A stretch of 64,000 nt of DNA from Tubiluchus corallicola. Its lineage: Eukaryota; Animalia; Priapulida. Both the position numbers and the translations under genes were made by a program. Each line of letters opens with the position of its first letter. Position 1 is the first letter of the stretch. This document shows positions 36,101-46,900 of this stretch, one piece after another. The notes beneath the pieces were generated by a model that did no database searches, was not told the DNA's origin, and saw only the letters and a list, made by a program, of their open reading frames with translations. The stretch spans positions 248,001 through 312,000 of the forward strand of contig JAQGDQ010000209.1 in assembly GCA_030141605.1 (NCBI GenBank), in the 5' to 3' direction.

Positions 36101-37706
36101 TTTGTTCTATTAATATTGCTAGCCAGATTAGCAGCAAATGACCACTTTACGAATATCACTAGGTAGGCATTTGCTAATCAATGTCATACTAAAATAACTG
36201 ACCTAAGAGACATTACTACGTGTTTCCCACTATCCTGTTGGCTTGTGTTCGGCAAATGGCCAAACCTGTGCAAATTTTTATAATTTTGCATATACATTAT
36301 CGTGACATTGACCACCTTTTTGTTATAACTAACCATGTATCCCAAATATTTCTAAATTAATCAAATGATCTTGTAGTATGTTACACAGTGCAGTTATAGA
36401 AATGCTATGGTAGTTAGTGTATGTTGACCTTTTTTTAACACAAATTCGTGAGATGCATGAAGAGTTTTGTGCAGAAACATTTATGTTAGATGTAATTCAT
36501 TCACAATGGTATGTTTTCTGCATGTCTAACAGTTATGTTGGATTGTTTCTGTATAGCTAACAATGGAATCAAGATCTGATGATGAAGACTTGGTAAGCTC
36601 TAGTTAAATGTCTAGTTTATTATTTTTAATTTGTTTGTGCATTCTGCATCTTGTGCATATGTACCATGTCACGGTGAAAGTTTGTGTTTTTATGTAATTC
36701 ATATTGATGGGTCTAAAACTGACTAGCTGTCTCTTTATTGGACTTTTTGGTGATCAGGTATAAAAGTATGATGCTACTTGTAAAGATAATTGATCATTTC
36801 AAGGCAGGTGATGGGGACTACTCAGATCAGAAATTTCATTTGTTTTTGTTTTTAAAAAAAACCTGCTATATTAATTTAGACACACGAGTTCATAAATAAA
36901 AAAGCAGTAGACTGTTTAGCATCATCATTTGCCATCTGTTTTTTCCTTATGCCAACTACTTTGTTCATACTTCATATCTTATGCCTGTCTAGGTTTTGCC
37001 TTTAACCAATGGCAGTTACTATTTACCGTTAACGACCCCAGTTGTCAATTGTAATCACTAAAATAATAATAATTGATAACTTTTGAACAAAAATGGATCA
37101 TTATGAGTTTTTGTGACTAACAGCAGGTTTTAAGTTTCTGATTTATTTTTGTGTTGTTGGGCTATATGACTGGAGTATATCGTTATTACTTATTTGTCCA
37201 GTGCTGTTATACATGGGTTAGACGTGGCACAATGTCATCATGTGTTAGACAGAAATTGTGACATTCTTTTGTGAAGATGACCTTTTTTTGTTTTATCTTC
37301 TGATCTGAGTTAGTTGTTTGTGGTGACTCTAAATAATTACCAGTGATTATGTTACCAATGTACAAATTTTTCTTCATTGATTTCATTGACTTTAAGCAAA
37401 GGTTGAAATCAAGTGTTAAGTATTGTGTAAAAAAATTAAACTTTTGTCAGTTAAAAAGCATGAAAATCGTAAAATTAGTGGAAAGTTTGAAAGCGAACTA
37501 TAAGTGAAGATTCGCAAAGGTAAGATCTATAAGATAATGTAACTTAAAAGAAAGATTTATTTAAGTTGCATTTACCACACATATTGCTCTGTTCTGAACA
37601 TAGAATTGACCTTTACGTAGAAGTAGTTTTTCTGTCATTCACTAATTTTATATTAATTCAAAAATTCTGAGTGCCTATTTACTTTTTTCAGACAACTCAC
37701 CTGTGA
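9148..37706 (+). CDS. PIP5K1: Phosphatidylinositol-4-phosphate 5-kinase type I, about 735-741 aa in the long isoform
   Basis: Phase-consistent exons: 9148-9211, 11878-12015, 13466-13569, 13880-14010, 16147-16264, 17257-17409, 18252-18416, 18968-19102, 19926-20003, 20351-20523, 21364-21496, 22967-23054, (24255-24311), 25217-25354, 27325-27465, 28983-29111, 30676(or 30694)-30905, 36557-36592, 37692-37706. Motifs: [58 protein letters not shown] and the type I activation loop KKKLEHTWK. Kinase exons are near certain; N- and C-terminal exons rest on splice signals and phase. Confidence 0.95.
12603..12679. repeat. Perfect inverted repeat, 36-bp arms with a 5-nt loop
   Basis: atcagcactgccatcaattttattttgttttatttg (12603-12638) is the exact reverse complement of 12644-12679. 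Confidence 0.95.
19261..19310 (+). repeat. Dispersed repeat end shared with 51810-51861
   Basis: tgacatcaa..tgaaatc(a/g)gaacttgtcactttt(t)cacctgtgt-like sequence occurs at both places in the same orientation. Confidence 0.7.
20160..20230 (+). mobile_element. tRNA-derived SINE head or tRNA-like relic
   Basis: A-box-like TGGTGTAGTGG (20166) and B-box GGTTCAAATCC (20209) at tRNA spacing; no complete cloverleaf. Confidence 0.55.
24255..24311 (+). CDS. PIP5K1: 57-nt symmetric cassette exon of PIP5K1 ([19 protein letters not shown])
   Basis: Pyrimidine tract plus gctgcag| acceptor and ag|gtaatt donor. Phase 1-1 and open in the frame linking ..QKIPS to LKHSPSKKK. Confidence 0.75.
   Translation: MISLSIRDRIVCSESLST
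25661..26097 (+). mobile_element. Internally deleted pogo/Tc2-type (Tc1/mariner superfamily) transposon
   Basis: 27-bp TIR CCGTATTT(T/A)CCCATGTATAAGAGACCC (26/27) with TA on both sides. Internal frame 25782-26000 reads [33 protein letters not shown]..acidic tail, typical of the pogo/Tc2 transposase C-terminus. Confidence 0.9.
27086..27278. repeat. Diverged tandem duplication, period about 115 bp
   Basis: acaagtat..aaatca.gctaaaataataatt.tcgcacaac.aat.gcc.ttt.gcaca..tgctttagct at 27086 and 27201. Confidence 0.8.
28234..28278. repeat. Perfect 20-bp tandem duplication
   Basis: ttctggacttggtcatgagt twice, followed by ttctg. Confidence 0.95.
30676..30938 (+). CDS. PIP5K1: PIP5K1 composite exon: read-through of the 30906 donor gives the short C-terminus ..[13 protein letters not shown]
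   Basis: Open frame in phase 1 from the acceptors at 30675 and 30693. Internal ctg|gtaagt donor at 30906, stop at 30936-30938, AATAAA at 31109. Confidence 0.7.
33594..34374. mobile_element. PIF/Harbinger-type MITE, copy 1
   Basis: TIRs ggcccgtgtcacacag / ctgtgcgacccagacc (12/16) with TAA on both sides. Homologous, in inverted orientation, to 60073-60635. Confidence 0.8.
34440..34498. repeat. Near-perfect tandem duplication of about 28-31 bp
   Basis: tttgttgaacagtaattatctttgtgcc followed by tttgttgaacagtagttattatctttgtgcc. Confidence 0.85.
35092..35812 (-). mobile_element. Internally deleted hAT Buster/Charlie-type transposon
   Basis: Perfect 15-bp TIR CAGTGGTTCCCAACC and perfect 8-bp TSD atctaaag with central TA. 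Minus-strand remnant 35355-35545 [48 protein letters not shown] is a hAT C-terminal dimerisation region. Confidence 0.95.
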
Positions 37707-39205
37707 GATGTACTACAGAAGTTATTTCGTGCAGAAAAGTTAGATCCTATAACTTGTCTTATCTCTTAAGTTCTCGGTGCAAAACTCCGGAATTTAAACT
37801 CCGTAACAATAAAAACTGGGACTGATATAATCCAGGAAAGACAGACTGTCATCTTGATGATCTATATGGAAATTTATACGACACATTCATAGAAATTACA
37901 CATAGTTATTCAATAACATGAAAGATTTTCCTTATTTTGACTCTTTCTCGTATAATTTTTGGATCGTATATTGGGTTGTGAGACTTTTCTCATGATTTTA
38001 GACTGATTTGAATTTACGTTATTTCCAACACTCAACATTACCTAACCAGTTTACATAACTGGTTGCATCAGTGATACAAAAATATGGATCAAAAATTGTA
38101 TGAGAATATAATTTATTATATTAGTATTAAAGAAATCTTATTTAGCTGCAGGATGCTTTTCACAAATTACCTGCTAATATTAATAATAATTTTGCAGTAA
38201 TTTAGCTAGTTAGCGTACTCGGTTATTCATGTTAGGTTGTTGAAATATGAAATTTAAAAAAATATAAAACAGTAAAATAAACAGTTTTTAAAAAGTATAA
38301 GCATAGTTGGTGCTCATCAGGAAGTGCCATACTGTGCGTGTTTAGGATGTCAGTTGGCTTAACCCTGCATTGTATTTAAAGTGCTTTCTGCTAAGTATTA
38401 AAATCAGTATGATAATGCTCAATGTGGTTACAGATTAAGTGCTTTATCTTGGTTTCTGAGTATATTATCTGGTGAAATATGTACAGGTATAACTGCATTA
38501 ATGACTAACCGTAATATTTAACATCTACTACGAAACCTAGTTTACAGAGGTAGAGGGTTTATATAAACAAGTAATGTTAATTTAGACAAGCTTAGCTTGA
38601 TTATCAGTGTAAGTCTTGTTAATATATCTTACTAAGCACATTCTTAACATTACTTGTTGAAGTTTAGCATTAGACTTAAAGGTGCTGTATATATTATTTA
38701 GTCTGTAATATCTGATGTAAAAAATCAAATAATCATGCTTTATATCTGTACAGTATCAGTAAAAGCCTTATTTACAGCATTTGGACAGACAGACAGACAT
38801 TAGCCATCTATGTTATAGGCCTGTGTTACTGACGCCATAAATAGCTAACATAATAATGGTTTGAGCCGACAACTGTGGAGAATTAAACCGGGCCAATTAA
38901 GTCAGTCGCCATAACTACTCGGCCACTCGTACCGACCAAAGAAGTTGTGTTGTTAAGCACTAATTATTATAACACATCTGTAGCACGAAGTCACGTTTGT
39001 TCTGGATTAGTTTAATCAGTATGTTAAATTCATTTATAATTACTAATTGTGTAAATAATGAACGGTTATCATGTACTAGCTACGTATGTGTAGTTGGATA
39101 TAGCAAAAACCATATGATAATTCAAATGACAGTGCATAAATTGATTTACACGTATGTGAGTAATAAGCCTTTTCACAGTCCTAGCAATTGATGATGATTG
39201 TGAAA

Positions 39206-39536
39206 AGGTCAAAGGTTAAGTGAACCTAACAACGTTATCTGAACCAAATAACCCATTTGTTTACACTTGACAATGCCTCGAGGCCCATGATGTTGTATTA
39301 GTAACAGTTCACATTAATTTTTGCTTCATTTATTTCATTTTACGTGGATTGCTGCTGCTATTTTGGTAGCTATTTTTGGATAAGAATAACATGATAGTTT
39401 AAAACTATACATGTGTAGGATTATAATAAAAATAACTACGTGTTTTACCCTCTTCGCCTACATATAGTTACATGCATAAGGTAACGTGACCATTGTTGGT
39501 AAGTAAGATGCACTGGGTTCAGTTAACCTTTGACCT
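39206..39536. repeat. 21-bp inverted repeat pair (possible MITE relic)
   Basis: aggtcaaaggttaagtgaacc (39206-39226) versus ggttcagttaacctttgacct (39516-39536), 20/21 complementary; no clear TSD. Confidence 0.6.
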
Positions 39537-40650
39537 ACAGCAACTGCACAGGTGCATAGCAAAACTGAAAATGCTTATTGTTAGCAGCTAGTTAACTTTC
39601 AGTAAAGAAACCATGAACTTTGACTTGCTGTTCATACCATGTTTTACTACACTGTTTTAAAACCAAATCAACAAAACAAATTATAGCACGTAAATAGAAT
39701 TCACCTATCTTTTTTATCCATTATAATATATTAAAACAACTCTTTTATCACTAGACAATTACATGTAATACTTAATGATCTCAAATATGGGTTTTGATAT
39801 TTAATTAGTTCTGATGAGTTACATACAATTAAAAATTACAATAGTTCTTATATTAATTCAAATTAATATTAAAGCACATCATACAATCACCATTATGAAA
39901 TACCGTTGATAGATTTTTTTGAGTTTCCTCTGCATATTGTTAGGAAAAATATCCACAGAAACGTGCTACTCAGAATTGTTAGCTTATATTACCAATTTGG
40001 TACTTTACTAATCTTCCTTTCACAAATAATACATGCATGGAAGCTCACTGTGCTTTCTGTTTTCATGTAATTGATACGTCACGAAAATATTGGGTTTTCA
40101 TGGACTTCTTAAATATGTCAATTTGCTGCTATGTACTATCTATTACACCTATTGTCCAAGTAGAAAAATATATGCAACACTTGAAGTGATAAAATAGTTA
40201 AGAAACAGAACTCTGCATTCAGCAGGTTATAAATCAAAATACACAAACTGTTATAACTATCAAGCTTAGTGTTCTTATTTAACTTATTTTTCCTATCTTT
40301 AGCATGAATTCAGTATCTTCAAAGAAAGGTACGTTTAAAATATTACGCATGCTAATAATTGTAATAACACCTGCTACTTGCAGCAGATTATTAAACAACT
40401 CGTATTATAAATAGAGAAAAAAAATAGCATGTGTGTATACGAATACGAATGATTAGTTTAAGTTTGTAAGCACGCAAATTCTGCTGCACGCATTAGTAAA
40501 TCGTATATGCACAGGTTAAACTAACCTGTAAATGGGTCTAAATTCCAAAAACAAAATTTTGCCAAATCAATAAAATTTCATTGCGAATATGCATTGAAGC
40601 TTTATTGCACTTACGCATATGGCTGATTGCTTGGTTCAAAATCAAAACAT

Positions 40651-40710
40651 CTAGGATTTGAACTCAGAACTCGTGCTATCATGGCGCATGCTCTATCGCT
40701 TGAGGTACTG
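40651..40710 (-). mobile_element. tRNA-derived SINE head
   Basis: Minus strand reads cagtacctcaagcgatagagc..gagttcaaatcctag, with A-box-like and B-box-like motifs at tRNA spacing. Confidence 0.5.
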
Positions 40711-40917
40711 ACTCAATGTGGCAAAGCTGGTCTGAGATCTCATCCTAGTAGGTGTTGTACACAATCAGTCGCAGCCACCTTTGGACTACCAGTGATATAT
40801 CACTACGTTTGAATGCACTCAACAGAGGGAGTTGATTTACGCACACACTCATCCTGACAAACAGACTGATTGCCTTACGTACTGCAAATGCACTTACGAG
40901 TGTAACGAGGGTTCCAC

Positions 40918-43900
40918 TTAAACTCCTTTTTGGCCATAACTCTTTGTGAATTCATGAAATTGGTGCAGATCTTCCTGCTTGACTGTCTTGTGGCAAATTT
41001 GCAATGACGTCAAAAAATCCTCAAGCTGCACTTCTCGGGCCGCCACCTAAACCAAAATTAATACATGTAGAATAGGTATTTTTAAGCTGAAAAAAACAAG
41101 CCAAACATGCTATGCATGAACACTGTATATATATATATAATGACAGTGTTCGTGATATGCATATATACATATATATGGGCGCATGCCAAGTGCTTCAACA
41201 CGTACAAAAACGTTCAGCATTCTAGCACATGCATCCTAATCTTAGTGATACTGAGATTCCAACGTTAATGAATAAATAAAGATTTATCACACTCGTTGAA
41301 AGTATTTGTAGACCGAGTCCTCAATCGAAAACCCTTTCCTTGTTTAGTGTAAACCACAAAATTTTTAATAAAAAATCTACAGTTACGAAAAAAGAAATAA
41401 TTTGCTTTTCGTTGATGTTTGTTGTTACCTTGTCCGCTGGAAAATCAGCTAGATTTCTTTCAAAGGCCTCAGGATGATCTGGTGAACATGGTACAACTTT
41501 ACCACCTGCGTATGAAAATATATGATTGATACGTGTTCAACTTTTATAATCGCTACTTTTTACAAAGGTCTACAGTAGAAAATTGACAAAAACTACTAAC
41601 CCTGTTAGTAAACTGTTACTTCAATATGTTTTATTCATAAAAGCATTTTGAAATTTTACAAACCCCTGCAAAGAAGAATGTACAGTAGACATCAAAAACA
41701 ATCTGCTCAGCTGGAAGCACAAAACTTATCAAAGATCTTTCATATCACATCAATTTGCAATAATACTAGCTGCTACGCTTTAAACACAATGTATCCAATT
41801 TCACTGACACATCTAAATATTATAAAATGATATCTATTAATAACTGATTCCTTAGTAGTTTAAATACTCATGCCGAAATTACCGCAAGCATATGTCCAGA
41901 ACTTTGCATCCTGGAGTTCCCTAACTGGCTGATATAATGCACATAAAGCTAAATTAGCCAAGTCGCTTCCCGAGTATCCTTCTGTCTTGCTAGCTAGCAC
42001 CTGCCAGTGACTTTCTGTAAAATGCACTTTGTCATCGCAGCAGTGCGTCTTCAATAGGTCAATTCTTGCCTTACTAAATAAACGAAAACGAAATCAAAAT
42101 CGTATGTTGCAGTTAATAAGTTTTTGTTTGATAAATGCATATTAAAAATGCTAATTTTATGTAAAACGAAATGTAATGCGCAGAGTAATTTATCGTAGTT
42201 GCAAGCTGCAGATGAATAAATATAATTATAGTAGATTAATTATATTAAATTTATTTGCTTCTTAATTAAACAGCAATTGTTTTACCTTAATTACCTGTTT
42301 TACTAACATCTTTATCTTTGTAAATTGTATATTTTTATACGAAATAAGCTCACATAATAATAATAATAATAATAATTGCCAAGCATTGTAGCTAGATAAA
42401 AGGGTATAACAAACAACACAGTAATGGCCAAAAACAAAGCAATTTTCAATAGCTTATTAGTCAAAAAGTAATGTAGTGTGAAATTATGTTAACCAAGTAT
42501 CTACAGTGTAGGAATCCAACGTTATTAAAAATGGTAATTTGTTATACGAAAGAAGTAATTAAGTACCGTCCTTAGGTCAATATAAAGTAGTAACATTAAC
42601 TGTATTTACTATTATCCTATGACTGTGATTTTTATAAACCAGTCATATGCGAATATATACTTCGATCCTACAGTTTGGTTTCGCAACACAAAGCCACCAG
42701 TCTTGCCTGTCCTCAATTTCACTGACCAAACAGGTATTTATTCACTTTCACCTGTCAATCTCTTTCACCACAAGCAATTAATAACCTATGGAAGAGGTTA
42801 AACGACTGGTATCTGTCAAATCGTATCCAGGTTTTAAACAAATGAGAAATCAAAACTACAGACAAAACAAGAAAATCAAACTAGAATTAACAGTGAAGAA
42901 CAGACGAACAAAACAGAGTCACTCTGCCAAGCAGTTGACACTGGAGGCTAAGATCAGTTTAACGATAAAATGTTTTATTGGCTTTTCAAAAAGAAAATTG
43001 TTAAGTCGGGCGAATTGACCCGCTGAGTGACTATGACACGCGTGCAACAATCATTACAATTGCAACCATGCTTAGCGGTAATTTTGAACAGAACTGACTC
43101 ACTGGTTTATACGCTGTGCAATTTAGTCAGTCAGAAAGATCATTTTATTTATTTACTATCTATTTTGTTATTTATTTATAACGAAGATCATTATAATTAT
43201 TACCCTTATATAGGAATTAAAATCATTTATAAAAATCCTTTAATACGTTTTCAAAAAAGAAGAAAAGACGAAAATTTAGCTTTAAATATTGGATCTGCTT
43301 ACGTATCAGGCAAAGGTATGTAGATTCTTTTCTGGAAACGCCTTAGAAACGCAGAATCCAATTCAAAAGGACAGTTAGTTGAACAAAGAAGAAACATTTC
43401 ATCTAGATTATCACATTCTCCTTCCATCTGAAAATCAAAGTAACAAGTAAGAAGAGATCCATTATATCGGGGGCGCAAAAAAAATTAGATCACAATAATA
43501 CCAGAAGCAAATGACGTAAAAAATTGAAATTTCACGTTGTAATTTCACAGTAAATTAACTTTTGACTGTTAAAGGTGCAACTTTATAGCTTTAGTGGTTT
43601 TTAAATTATAGCCGATTTATTTTTCATATCAGAAATTTAAACTGTCAGAGCCATGTCAACTAATCGACAATAATGAAAAACACTCACGGCTAACCTATAT
43701 AAAGTACTCATAGATGGCTGCAAAACAACAAAAAAATCCATCCGTTTTCACCATAATCTTCACCACAAGATAAAGCACTGATACATACTTGTTATCAAGA
43801 AAAATGAGATTACGGAATTTAGAATACCTTAAAGAGAAAGTGTACGTACGACGGCCGCACGGAGCTGTTTGACGCAGATGAACTAAAAGCAAAAATTTTT

Positions 43901-46900
43901 GTGTACAGAGACAAAGGAGAGAGAAAATGTATCAGCTGTTGGAAGAAACACCTTGTTTCATCGAAAATAATGCATACAGTCACGTACCTTTTTTCTCCCA
44001 GCATTTATTCTTTTGACTTGTTAGTTTAAAACTTGTCTATGGCTTTTGAAAACTCTAAGGGAATGATTAAAAGTTCTGAAGTTTATCGTGTGCATAATCG
44101 TATGCAACGTTAGTGTGGTGATTTCGTTTTTTCTTTTTATAATACAGTCAAAACTTCGGCACGCTTTCTGCGCCACTTGATATGTTGTTCATGCTAATAT
44201 GCCCTCTAACACATTTATTAAAACTTATCTTTAATTTAACATGGCTATCGAACTCGTATAAAAGCTAAATAAAAATCCCACAATTAAAAGCAAATAGAAA
44301 GAGGAGAGCTAAACAAAGAACAAAAACGTTTAAGCTACCACTGTACTTATTCTTCACGTGAACAAAGGAAAGGCAAAGAAAGAGAAAAAAACGCACAAAG
44401 AATTGGTAGAACTACTGAACAATTTTTGGAGGAGTATTTTTTTGGTTATATTATTAACACAAAAAATATATCATCGACACTAAAAAAGGATACGAGTAAA
44501 TAGAAAAACCACAGAAATACATCAGTTGACACAAGGGAGAAACAGAAGTATAAAAAATGAGTGGGACACAATGGAAACACAACGCATATGTAGTGCGTAT
44601 AATAGCTTAGCTCCCAAGTGTCAATCAGACTTAATGCATCTGTGTCAGATCTGATTGCATGTACAGTAACCATTCTACATTGTCAACTCCAAGTATTAAA
44701 GTCAAACTAAACCCTTATAATAATGCGTTAAAAAACTCGAATGTCTGTTCGGGTTGTACCGGTCTTAAATTAAAGATTGGGTATTAATATTTGATAGTTC
44801 ATAGATATGATCAGATTTCTACAAACAAGATGATCAACAAAGTGACGTGTCGTATCACAAACAGAATTTGCTAAAAATATTTCATGAAAATTAGATTTGC
44901 GCAATTATCTATTTAGCTATCTCTACATTGTGATCTTTACATTTACGATTTCTTTCGTTTAACATTTGTGTTAAAGCTAAAAGTATTTTGAGACTATTTT
45001 CAATTTACTCTCCTGATATTGTTGATTGACAGTGTCTGAGAATACTAACTTCAACGTGGAATGAGCACATTACAAAACTTAAAGAAAAGGCGCCTTCTAG
45101 CAATGTTTGAAGAATTTAGCAATAAAACTGTAATAAGAATCTCATGTAACTAGTCGTGATCACTTGATGCTTGGGCACTCCTATTTCCAATGCCCGTTCT
45201 TCTTCCAATGATGTCACTCATATTGAAGAAAAGTAGCGTACTGGCAATCTTCATCAAAGCTATAACAAGTTTTGACAAAAAAAAATAGATAGCTAATTTT
45301 GTAATATTTTTGTATGAACTGCAGAAGTTTGAATTAGTTCAAGCGGCATGCGCTTACGAAAAGCCACTGTGCCCATACGAAAAGTAACAATTCTTTGTTA
45401 TATTTTTAACTTTAAGTGATAGCAATAAAATAAACCCAACATACTGCATGACTTGTTCTTTCCTTTAACGAACTCGCTGCTTTACAGAAGAGTTAGTAGA
45501 ATCAACATAATGTAAATCTAAACCTGTTTCATTAACTCTGTTTTAATTCTTCTCGTGTTCTCTGCTTCCTGCGAGTTGCGTCTACGACAAATGCTATCAA
45601 TTTCATCAATGAATATTACCGATCTGCCACTACTTGTACGAGCGTGTCGGAACAGCTCTTTGATTAACCTATCGTCAAAAAAACATCAATATTATTGAAC
45701 TGTCGGTTGAAAGCAATTTTCGCGTAAGAATCCCACTGTGTCCCATTGGCAGTTTACAGTGCTTGCCCAGCTGCTCTTAAAAATTCCTTTCCCGTTATAC
45801 ATTTGTTCTCGACGCATATTACTAGCATGTCAAATCTAGCTGATTATATTTGGAGCTGGACATAATGTCTAAGTTCATTTAAAGCAAGACCGGACCCAAT
45901 CTTAAACTGTATGTTAAAACAATCTACTCCTGCTGTCACACGCATTTCGCCTTTTGCTAGTTAGCCGGGCATTAGAGCTGCATTTCGAAACGCGTTGCAT
46001 AAAAAACACGTGCTGTACCTCTCAGTTCAGATGTGTTAGTTTGTGGCGGACTACACACGTACGACAGCTCATGCGTGAGCACAGCGGTAAATTTGAAATT
46101 TGATTTTTTATTTTAAAACTTATCTAATTCTAGTACAACACGCTGAATATATTACAGTAGCACTGCACATCAATTTTCGCTTTCGCAAACACGTGCAACA
46201 CACTCATGGAATATTTCAGCTGTTGAAAATTATGTTAGTTTATGATCTTATCAATAGTTGGGCTCGCCCACCATTAATAAAGTTTTTAATCTATTATTTA
46301 ACTATTAAACATTTAGCAGTACTAATTGTGTTAAAATGCATATACTTTTTATTGGACTTGAAAATGGAGTAGTATATGAAAAATCATCCTCTCTTCCTTT
46401 AAAAGCTTAGTTTAACTGTGTACGTACAAATACAGCGCCGCAAGGGGTTAGTCAAAATTCAAAAAGCTTCTGATTAAAACTCTATCAAAAATTAAAACTA
46501 AAATTAAGGACACCATCGCAAACTGCTGTTTTATGGAAAATGGACTGACAGGTAATAAATTTACAGAGATAATCACTGTTTATTGACTAATTTTACCAGT
46601 CTGCAAAAACGAAAAACTATCTTGAAAATTTATTCGTCCTTCTTGAAAGATGCTAAAGATAAAATATATACAGATTCCAATGGCAATGAATTCCAAAGAG
46701 AAACAGTCCTGATAGAAAACCAATTTTGCTTAACAGTAAAGTTGTTACAGCGCATTAAAAACGGTTTGTACGGACAAGTTCTAGATCTACTAAAATTTCT
46801 GGTAAAATTCGTGCAAAATTTGGAACATTCAAACAAATCGAGATTAATATGTACAATCTTAGAAACCATACCAATACAAAGATTATACCTAAAGGGACTT

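Noticed and set aside
37706-40918. PIP5K1 and VPS4-like adjacency as a functional membrane-trafficking cluster
   Set aside because: Convergent orientation with separate promoters and poly(A) signals. Without synteny data the adjacency is most simply chance.
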